Virus record (IMG/VR): IMGVR_UViG_3300037419_000463
Coordinates: 1 to 41,729 of that record
Strand: one strand, 5' to 3'
Length of the DNA stretch: 41,729 bases
Source: a virus
Lineage: Duplodnaviria; Caudoviricetes
Shown: piece by piece, positions 35,186 to 41,729 of the stretch
Position numbering within the stretch: the stretch's first letter is position 1
Layout of the letters: every line of letters starts with the position of its first letter
The notes under the pieces: model-generated
What the model saw: only the letters and a program-made list of their open reading frames with translations
Databases searched by the model: none
Told to the model about the DNA's origin: nothing
Position numbers and translations under genes: made by a program

Positions 35186-35343
35186 GGTTCTTCGCGTTCC
35201 TGTGGTGGCTCGCCTGTGCGCTGGTGCTAGCGACCAACGGACTCAACTCTCTGGCGGCGGGGCATCACTTCCGCACCGCTATCTGGCTTGTCGGTGCACT
35301 CATGGCTTTCGACAACCTCCGCGACGTCAGCAAGGACCGATGA
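35182..35343 (+). CDS. Small membrane protein
   Basis: GGAGG RBS; MRFFAFLWWLACALVL. Confidence 0.6.
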   Translation: MRFFAFLWWLACALVLATNGLNSLAAGHHFRTAIWLVGALMAFDNLRDVSKDR

Positions 35344-35702
35344 CCGTGAACTGGCTCCTCGTCGCCCTCGTCGTCGGCCTACTCGCCCTCGCCATCTGCG
35401 CACTCATCGCATACGCGGCCCAAGCGCGACACGACGACCTCATCGCCCGCGCACTCACCGAAACCGGCATCCAACCCGAACCCGCACCCACCCGAGTCGC
35501 CCACCCCTGCACCGTCATCGGCTGCAACGACGAAGCCACCGTCTACATCGGCGCATCACACGAAACCTGGCAGTTCTGCATGACACACGGACTCCCCTAC
35601 CTCGTGCGCCAAGACATCGACATCACCGACCAGCAGATGCGCGAAGTCATGGACGACGCGCGACGCATCACACGGGAAGCAGCAGGAGGCGCGACGGCAT
35701 GA
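35340..35702 (+). CDS. N-terminally anchored membrane protein with Cys/His motif
   Basis: TM helix; C...C...C..H. Confidence 0.65.
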   Translation: MTVNWLLVALVVGLLALAICALIAYAAQARHDDLIARALTETGIQPEPAPTRVAHPCTVIGCNDEATVYIGASHETWQFCMTHGLPYLVRQDIDITDQQMREVMDDARRITREAAGGATA

Positions 35703-36454
35703 GCAAGCCACGACTCCTCGACCTGTTCTGCGGCCAGGGCGGAGCTGCGGCCGGTTACATCGAGGCAGGCTTCGAGGTCGTCGGGGTTGACCTTGCCGAC
35801 CACAGCGAGCGATACCCCGGGGAGTTCGTCCTCGGCAACGCCACGACCCTGCTCGAGGACCCGTGGTTCGTCCTCCAGTTCGACGCCTTCCACGCCTCCC
35901 CACCCTGCCAGGGGTACAGCATCGCCACCGCCGGCAACCCGGACGCGCGAGCCAAGTACGACCGACTCATCGCAGCCACCCGCCACCTGCTCGAGCAGAC
36001 CGGCAAGCCGTGGGTGATCGAGAACGTCGAGCAGGCCCGAGCTGAGATGCGCGGCCCGACCCTGCTATGCGGGCGCATGTTCGGCCTCGGAGCCAACGAC
36101 GCCGACGGGTTGCCGCTCGTGCTCGACCGTCACCGCCTGTTCGAGTCCAACCTGCCGCTGACCGCACCCAAGCACCCGATGCACGGCGACGAGCAGGTGG
36201 CCGGCGTCTACGGGGGGAGCCGCCGCGCCCCACTGCGCAAGGGTGTCCCACTCGCCGAGGCCGCACCGTACGACAGGTTCGCCGCACGCCACGTCCGTCA
36301 CGGCGGCTACGTGCCCCGATCGGTCGAGGTGCAGCAGCAACTCCTAGGCATCGACTGGATGACGGTAAAGGGAATGCAGGAGTCCATTCCCCCCGCGTAC
36401 TCACAGCACGTCGGTCTGCAACTCCTGGCCCACCTCGAGCAGGTCGCGGCATGA
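35699..36454 (+). CDS. DNA (cytosine-5) methyltransferase
   Basis: Motif I LDLFCGQGG, IV SPPCQ, VI IENV, VIII RHR, C-terminal ESIPP.Y. Confidence 0.88.
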   Translation: MSKPRLLDLFCGQGGAAAGYIEAGFEVVGVDLADHSERYPGEFVLGNATTLLEDPWFVLQFDAFHASPPCQGYSIATAGNPDARAKYDRLIAATRHLLEQTGKPWVIENVEQARAEMRGPTLLCGRMFGLGANDADGLPLVLDRHRLFESNLPLTAPKHPMHGDEQVAGVYGGSRRAPLRKGVPLAEAAPYDRFAARHVRHGGYVPRSVEVQQQLLGIDWMTVKGMQESIPPAYSQHVGLQLLAHLEQVAA

Positions 36455-36527
36455 ACCCGCCGAACTGGCGCATCGAACGCCCACGACAAGCCCCCTGCCT
36501 CTGCGGCTGCGACAAGGAGACGGACAA

Positions 36528-37220
36528 GTGACCCTCACCGAATACGAAGTCGAGCAAGGCACCGAGGAGTGGTTGGAGGCTCGTCGCGGCATCGTCACGG
36601 CCTCGGTCATCGGCCAGCTCATCACCCCGTCCACCCTCAAGCCGGCCAACAACGACAAGACACGCGCCCTCATCGCCCAGCTGGCAGCCGAACGCATCAC
36701 CGGCCGCACCGACCCCGTGTTCGTCAACGACGACATGGCCCGCGGAACCCTGCACGAGCCCATCGCCCGCGACAAGTACGCCGCAGTGTTCGGCGTCGAG
36801 GTCGCGCAGGTCGGGTTCCTCGTGCGCGAGTTCAGCGGCGGCGTCCAGTTGGGCGCATCCCCGGACGGCTTGGTGGGAGACGACGGCGGCATCGAGATCA
36901 AGTGCCCTCGAGCGAAGACGCACATCCAGACGATCGTCACGGGTGAGGTGCCCGCCTACAACATGGCGCAGGTCCAGGCGTTCCTCGTCGTCACCAGCCG
37001 CGACTGGTGCGATTTCGTGAGCTTTCACTCGGGACTCCCGCTGTTCACGAAGCGCGTTCTGCCGGACGAGAAGTGGCGCAACACGATCATCACCGCCGCC
37101 ACGAACGCAGAGCACGCCATTGGGGCAATCGTCGCCCGGTTCAACGAAGCCGCGGCCGACCTGCCCGCCACCGACTACATCCCCGACTACGACGACACCG
37201 TGGAGTTGAAGCTCGCATGA
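36528..37220 (+). CDS. YqaJ / lambda-type exonuclease
   Basis: QGTEEW..AR.G.VTAS...G...E...ASPDG...IEIKCP...QVQ. Confidence 0.9.
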   Translation: MTLTEYEVEQGTEEWLEARRGIVTASVIGQLITPSTLKPANNDKTRALIAQLAAERITGRTDPVFVNDDMARGTLHEPIARDKYAAVFGVEVAQVGFLVREFSGGVQLGASPDGLVGDDGGIEIKCPRAKTHIQTIVTGEVPAYNMAQVQAFLVVTSRDWCDFVSFHSGLPLFTKRVLPDEKWRNTIITAATNAEHAIGAIVARFNEAAADLPATDYIPDYDDTVELKLA

Positions 37221-37729
37221 GAGTCACGATCGAGAAGAAGACGGACCAGCTCAACTATGAGGACTTCCTCGGTGGCGTGACACGAGTCGTCACCATCGCA
37301 GGCGTCAAGGCCGGCACCAAGGAGCAGCAGTACGACATCGCCATCGAGGGCGACAACCGCGTCTGGCGTCCGGCCGTGACCGTCCTCAAGCTGCTGGTCG
37401 CGGCATGGGGTGACGACGCAACCGAGTGGGTAGGGCGTCGCGCGGAACTGTACGGCGACCCCACGGTCCGCTTCGGGCGCGACCTCGTGGGCGGCATCAG
37501 GGTCTCGCGCGTCTCCCACATCACCGAGACCGTCACCGCGAGCCTGACCGAGACCAGGGGCAAGCGCAAGACGCACACGGTCGAGCCCCTGCCCGACGCG
37601 CCCGCCGAGCCGACCGAGGCTGACGTGCGCGCCTCCACCGACCGCGATCTCCTCCGGTCCTGGTGGAAGTACCCGCACCTCCAGCCAGCGATCAAGGCGC
37701 GCGTGGACGAGCTGGACGGGGGCGAGTGA
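37217..37729 (+). CDS. Putative recombination partner (ssDNA annealing/binding)
   Basis: Coupled to the exonuclease; DQLN..D...WG.D...W.G....LY.DP.V.FG...GGIR motif; function inferred from position. Confidence 0.6.
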   Translation: MRVTIEKKTDQLNYEDFLGGVTRVVTIAGVKAGTKEQQYDIAIEGDNRVWRPAVTVLKLLVAAWGDDATEWVGRRAELYGDPTVRFGRDLVGGIRVSRVSHITETVTASLTETRGKRKTHTVEPLPDAPAEPTEADVRASTDRDLLRSWWKYPHLQPAIKARVDELDGGE

Positions 37730-37866
37730 TGGCCACCGAACGCCGAGCCGCCGTGTCGGGGTGGTGTCTCTGCTTCGACCATGCGCGCTGCGTCTGGTCT
37801 CAGTGCGCATGTTCGTGCCACGTCATCGGACCCATGTCGACCGAGCTCGAGGACGGTGACGGGTGA
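37729..37866 (+). CDS. Small Cys-rich protein (CLC..H..C...CACSCH)
   Basis: TGATG coupling. Confidence 0.55.
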   Translation: MATERRAAVSGWCLCFDHARCVWSQCACSCHVIGPMSTELEDGDG

Positions 37867-38411
37867 TGGAGAAGCGACTCCCGCCGCTCAAGTCCTCGAG
37901 CCGGCCCGGGTACATCTACATCTCGACCGACGTGCACATGATGCCCGAGGTCTGGTCTATGCCAAGCGCTGCGTTCGTGAAGTGGATCTACGGGCTCTGC
38001 TGGGCAAGCCAGTTCCGGCACGAGACCGAGTGGACGATCCCGCACGACGTGGCAGACACCTTCACGACCCGCAAGGAGCGTCAGGCGCTGCTGGACGCCG
38101 GGTTCTGGATCGACCGCGGACTCTGGTACGAGCTGCCGCGCAAGAACCGCCGCCAGTGCGACCTCTGGAAGCCGGGCGCCTCGGGCCTGCGCCGCGTCCC
38201 GATCCCGCGCCGTATCCGCGAGCTGGTGTACGAGCGTGATGGGCGTAGGTGCCTGGCGTGTGGCTCGATCGACTTCCTGACGCTCGACCACATCAAGCAC
38301 TGGTCACGCGGCGGCTCGGACTCCCCGAGCAACCTGCGAACCCTGTGCCGCTCCTGCAACTCGAAGCGCCGCACCAAGACCGACGAGGAATGGCTCGGGA
38401 GGGCCCTCTGA
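37866..38411 (+). CDS. Rep-N-like domain fused to HNH endonuclease
   Basis: C-terminal VYERDG..C..C...LTLDHI...GG....NL.TLC.SCN; N-terminal LCW...L..AG.W pattern. Confidence 0.78.
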   Translation: MEKRLPPLKSSSRPGYIYISTDVHMMPEVWSMPSAAFVKWIYGLCWASQFRHETEWTIPHDVADTFTTRKERQALLDAGFWIDRGLWYELPRKNRRQCDLWKPGASGLRRVPIPRRIRELVYERDGRRCLACGSIDFLTLDHIKHWSRGGSDSPSNLRTLCRSCNSKRRTKTDEEWLGRAL

Positions 38412-38827
38412 TGGCGAAGCACGCCCCGAGCGTCTACGTCCCACTGGACGCCAACTACCTCCGCGACCCGCGCATTCGACGCGCTGGCCCTGACGCCGAG
38501 CTGCTGTACCTGCGCGGCCTCGCGTACGCCAAGGCCGGCGAGACGGACGGCGTCGTCTACGAGTTCGATCTCGACCTCGTCGCCGTCGGGCTGAACAAGG
38601 TCCCCAACCGCGTCGCCGCCCTGGTCCGCGAGAAGGCTTGGGAGGAGCGCGAGGAGGGCTGGTTCATCACCGGCTGGTTCAACTGGAACGACCCCGTCGA
38701 CAAGCTCCGCGAGCAGAAGCGCAAGCGGGCCGAGGGTGCCGCCAAGACCAATCACAAGAAGCATGTCGAGAACGGACACCCGTTTGTCGGGTCCTGCCTC
38801 GTGTGCATCGGGGAGGTGGTCCTGTGA
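38411..38827 (+). CDS. Replication-initiator-like protein (N-terminal wHTH part)
   Basis: V.LD..Y..DP.I..AG..A.LLY..GL.Y....TDG...W....W..WN pattern. Confidence 0.7.
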   Translation: MAKHAPSVYVPLDANYLRDPRIRRAGPDAELLYLRGLAYAKAGETDGVVYEFDLDLVAVGLNKVPNRVAALVREKAWEEREEGWFITGWFNWNDPVDKLREQKRKRAEGAAKTNHKKHVENGHPFVGSCLVCIGEVVL

Positions 38828-39018
38828 ACGCTATGGCGCACGCTCTAGCGCACGGTCCAGCGGACGCTATGCCCGCGAGGAGCGTTGACGCTAAGGGAAG
38901 GGAAGGGAAGGGACATCACAGGACCGGACCCAACGGAGTATTTAGTGGTTGGTCACCTTCCACCACATCGTCTAGTTACGTAAGGGCCGGCTCGGCAGAC
39001 GGCGTGGTGGACGCATGA
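38824..39018 (+). CDS. Short ORF carrying the KGREGKG linker and origin-like repeats
   Basis: GGAGG RBS, GTGA overlap, 12-bp tandem repeats. Confidence 0.45.
   Translation: MNAMAHALAHGPADAMPARSVDAKGREGKGHHRTGPNGVFSGWSPSTTSSSYVRAGSADGVVDA
38827..38912. repeat. Four 12-bp degenerate tandem repeats plus AAGGG runs (candidate iterons)
   Basis: AACGCTATGGCG / CACGCTCTAGCG / CACGGTCCAGCG / GACGCTATGCCC. Confidence 0.6.
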
Positions 39019-39452
39019 CCACCATGACCCGAGTCCAAGCCGAAGCGCTCGCAGCGTTCGTCAGCCGAATGCGGCCCGAGTGGCGCACCGTGGGGATCGT
39101 CGCAGCCCTCGAGAAGGCGGCTACCACAGCGGACGCATGGGACGTCGCGCACGCACTGCTCAACCTCGCGGCCGAACCGTCCGTCCTGACGCCCGGCCTG
39201 CTTCCCGGCCCCGGTCCTCACTGGCGCCGCTCGGATGGCACGCAGCCGACCCGCCGCGGTGACAACGACGTCCACTGCCCCGAGCACCCCAGCAACGTCC
39301 ACCCGTGCCCCGTGTGCGAGTCGAAGCGCACTCCGCCACCACTGGCCGACCCCGAGTACCTGGCATTGAAGGCCGAGCTCGCATCACGCCGGCCGATCCG
39401 AACCGAGCAGAAGCGGCTCGCGGACTTCGCAGCCGCCAAGGAGCAGTCATGA
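39015..39452 (+). CDS. Hypothetical replication-region protein with C..H.....C..C finger
   Basis: RP.W...GI..AL...TP; CPEHP...CPVC. Confidence 0.7.
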   Translation: MTTMTRVQAEALAAFVSRMRPEWRTVGIVAALEKAATTADAWDVAHALLNLAAEPSVLTPGLLPGPGPHWRRSDGTQPTRRGDNDVHCPEHPSNVHPCPVCESKRTPPPLADPEYLALKAELASRRPIRTEQKRLADFAAAKEQS

Positions 39453-39754
39453 GCGTCCAGGCGCACAACAGGATCCGCGACTACTACGCCGAGGAGGTCG
39501 ACTTCCTCCTCTCGTGCGGCGAGAGCCCGCGCACCATCCTCGACCGGCTCGGGGTCACAGCAGCCAACCTCGAGCGGGCACTCCAGCGCGCCGACCGTCA
39601 CGACCTCGCCCGCAGGTTCGGCAAGCGAGCACTCCAGCCCGGCCGCGGACGCCACAAGCGAGGCCAGTGCGTCGACTGCGGCACCAGCGTCTGGGACACC
39701 AGTGAGCGTTGCCGACCCTGCGAGGTCAGCAACCGATGGGGGAAGACGGCATGA
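39449..39754 (+). CDS. HTH protein with C-terminal Zn finger
   Basis: GES...I..RLGV....LERAL.R; CVDC...CRPC. Confidence 0.7.
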   Translation: MSVQAHNRIRDYYAEEVDFLLSCGESPRTILDRLGVTAANLERALQRADRHDLARRFGKRALQPGRGRHKRGQCVDCGTSVWDTSERCRPCEVSNRWGKTA

Positions 39755-40101
39755 CCTGGCGAACCCCGTGCACCGACCCGGACAACGACACCGAACTCTG
39801 GACCAGCGATGACGTCACCGACCGTGAGAAGGCGCGCGACCTGTGCCGCGCCTGCCCGCGACTGCTCGCCTGTTTCGCCGAAGCCGAAGCCATGAAGCGC
39901 AAGGGCCTCGAGGTGTCCGGCGTGAACGGTGGCGTCGACTTCACCCGGTCGAAGCGGCAGAAGCAGGCTGACCCGCGCGTGTGTGGGTTCTGTGGCGCGG
40001 TGGTGCTGCAGCCGACGAATGGTCGTAGGCGGTCGTTCTGTAGCAAGAAGCACCGGCAGGCGGCGCAGATTGAGAAGCGGCGCAGGAGGCGAGCGGCATG
40101 A
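39751..40101 (+). CDS. whiB: WhiB-family transcription factor with C-terminal Zn finger
   Basis: C...LW...A...CxxCP....C...GVNGG; extra CGFC...FCSKKH. Confidence 0.8.
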   Translation: MTWRTPCTDPDNDTELWTSDDVTDREKARDLCRACPRLLACFAEAEAMKRKGLEVSGVNGGVDFTRSKRQKQADPRVCGFCGAVVLQPTNGRRRSFCSKKHRQAAQIEKRRRRRAA

Positions 40102-40433
40102 GCTCCTACCACGACGGCCGGCGCGTCGAGTACGCCGTGATGCACGACCTGACCGAGAACGGCTACCACTGCACCCGCGCCGCCTCGTCGAAGGGTGTCG
40201 CTGACGTCATCGCGTTCAAGGCCGGGCAGGTGCTGCTCGTGAACTGCAAGCGCACCAGCACGCCGGGTGTCGCGGAACGGTTGGCCCTGCTCCGGGTGGC
40301 TGCGTTGCTGCCTGGTGTCGCGGTCCCTGTGTTGGCGCGGAAACCACCACGCCAGCCGATCTCGTATCACCTGATGAACGCGGGCACGCCTAGGACGTGG
40401 CTCGCATGGACGCCGGATGAGGTGACCGCATGA
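40098..40433 (+). CDS. Holliday junction resolvase (Hjc-like PD-(D/E)xK)
   Basis: G...E......L...GY...R...S.G..DVIA......LV.CK. Confidence 0.75.
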   Translation: MSSYHDGRRVEYAVMHDLTENGYHCTRAASSKGVADVIAFKAGQVLLVNCKRTSTPGVAERLALLRVAALLPGVAVPVLARKPPRQPISYHLMNAGTPRTWLAWTPDEVTA

Positions 40434-40861
40434 GCGCGGAGGAACTACGACAGGCAGCCACGACGCTGCGGGCCTACTCGAATGGCGCAACCGAAGGGCC
40501 ATGGCGAGCGACGCAGGAGATCGACGGAGTCCGGGCTGGAATGTGGACGACCGTTAAGGCTCACGGACGGCGCGTGGTGACGGTTGGACAGGCGCGACCA
40601 CATCACAACGGCGAGGCCGAAATGAACGTCGGGTACATCGCCACCATGCACCCCGGCGTCGGACTGGCGCTGGCGGACTGGCTGGACGCAACCGCCTGCC
40701 CCCTCGGGTGCACGGTCGAAGGCAGGCGCTTCCCATACTGCTCGGCGTGCGAGGACAGCACCTACGACCACGACTGCCCCGACCCGGTCAAGTGCGATCA
40801 CACGCCCCCATTCCGCAACGCCCTCGCCCTCGCCCGCCTCATCAACGGTGGTGCGTCGTGA
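40430..40861 (+). CDS. Hypothetical protein (Ead/Ea22-like AT.GPW...YIA..HP)
   Basis: ATEGPW and YIATMHP.V..ALADWL motifs. Confidence 0.7.
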   Translation: MSAEELRQAATTLRAYSNGATEGPWRATQEIDGVRAGMWTTVKAHGRRVVTVGQARPHHNGEAEMNVGYIATMHPGVGLALADWLDATACPLGCTVEGRRFPYCSACEDSTYDHDCPDPVKCDHTPPFRNALALARLINGGAS

Positions 40862-40956
40862 GCCTGTGGGATCGCGCGTGGCAGTGGTTGAACGAACGCG
40901 CTGACTGGTTGGTCGACTACGGCACCGACGACGCGGACGAGGAGGAGGCGTCGTGA
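40858..40956 (+). CDS. 32-aa hypothetical protein
   Basis: GTGA overlaps at both ends. Confidence 0.5.
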   Translation: MSLWDRAWQWLNERADWLVDYGTDDADEEEAS

Positions 40957-41138
40957 GCGAACTGCTGCCGGACTGTCTGCACATGGGCGAACACGTCCGA
41001 GCGATTCCCTGCCCCGAGTGCGGCAAGTTCTCGTCGCACTCGTGGAGCACCGAATGGCTCTACTCGCCCAGCGGTGACAACCAGTACTGGGGCGGCACCT
41101 GCAAGGAGCACGGCTCATGGATGGAGAGCGCCGCATGA
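40953..41138 (+). CDS. Small Zn-ribbon protein
   Basis: GGAGG RBS; CPEC...C.EH. Confidence 0.65.
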   Translation: MSELLPDCLHMGEHVRAIPCPECGKFSSHSWSTEWLYSPSGDNQYWGGTCKEHGSWMESAA

Positions 41139-41220
41139 TCCGGCGTTGGCGTGAACGTCGCGCCCGCACCCGATGGTTCGCCCGCAACTCCCACCCGGCC
41201 GTCACGACAAGGAGAGCACG

Positions 41221-41679
41221 ATGAACGCCAAGCAGCAGCGCGAGTGGGAGGACGACGTCGCCCAGCCGTGCGCGTTCCCCGAACCCCTGGCCGAAGTGCT
41301 CACACGGGAGAACCGTGAGCTGCGGGGCGAGGTCGAGCGGCTGCGGGATCAAATCACTGCTGTTGAAGGCCAGCGCGACCACCACCTCGAGTGGAGCGAG
41401 AGTTGGTTCAACTCGGCCATGAGTGCCGCGCGGAGGGCCCATGATGCTGAGGCCGAACTCGCCGACGCCACCACGGCAGCCCAGAACCTGCGAGACGAAC
41501 TGCAAGGCGCGCAGGAACGACTGCGGGCGGTTGTCGTCCAGACGCTCCGTGACGCCGCGCAGGACGCCGTGGAGCGCGGCGACATCGGCAAGCCCGGCGG
41601 CGTTGAGGCGTGGGTCTGGCTGCGCGCATGGGCGGATCAGCTTGAGACCGACCCGAAGCCGCCATGGGTTGTGCCGTGA
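41221..41679 (+). CDS. Coiled-coil protein carrying the alternative C-terminus
   Basis: AAGGAG RBS; contains repeat copy 2. Confidence 0.7.
   Translation: MNAKQQREWEDDVAQPCAFPEPLAEVLTRENRELRGEVERLRDQITAVEGQRDHHLEWSESWFNSAMSAARRAHDAEAELADATTAAQNLRDELQGAQERLRAVVVQTLRDAAQDAVERGDIGKPGGVEAWVWLRAWADQLETDPKPPWVVP
41400..41526. repeat. Exact 127-bp direct repeat, copy 2
   Basis: Identical to 1-127. Confidence 0.95.
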
Positions 41680-41729
41680 CCCACGACGACCACTGCGAAC
41701 TCGCCCGCGCCTGCAACGAATGCCAGCAG

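Noticed and set aside
35699-36454. Restriction-modification system
   Set aside because: No adjacent restriction endonuclease; an orphan phage methylase is ordinary.

Overview
This window is an essentially complete genome of a high-GC temperate actinobacterial siphophage, opened at an arbitrary point. Bases 1-127 recur exactly at 41400-41526, implying a circle of about 41.4 kb plus a 203-nt divergent tail. Order on the + strand: end of the early region (1-2259); a probable late promoter and accessory genes (metallophosphoesterase, lipoprotein, HNH); a probable cos site near 5945; terminase, portal, head and tail genes (6042-25725); lysis cassette (amidase plus membrane proteins, no lysin B seen); a second structural module with 13 x ~20-aa repeats (27430-30250); leftward integration/immunity genes (tyrosine integrase, intact attP matching the 3' half of a tRNA-CAT, repressor); and rightward early genes (Xis-like HTH, C5 DNA methylase, YqaJ exonuclease, split replication initiator, WhiB, Holliday junction resolvase). 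The features least explained by standard annotation are: two ribbon-helix-helix genes missing from the ORF track, with a GGTGT-N4-ACACC palindrome at three leftward loci; the post-lysis repeat/filament module; a densely base-paired 260-nt non-coding region; NAGGA-loop hairpins over late-gene ribosome-binding sites; and alternative C-termini at the contig junction. All functional calls come from motif recognition and gene order, not database searches.
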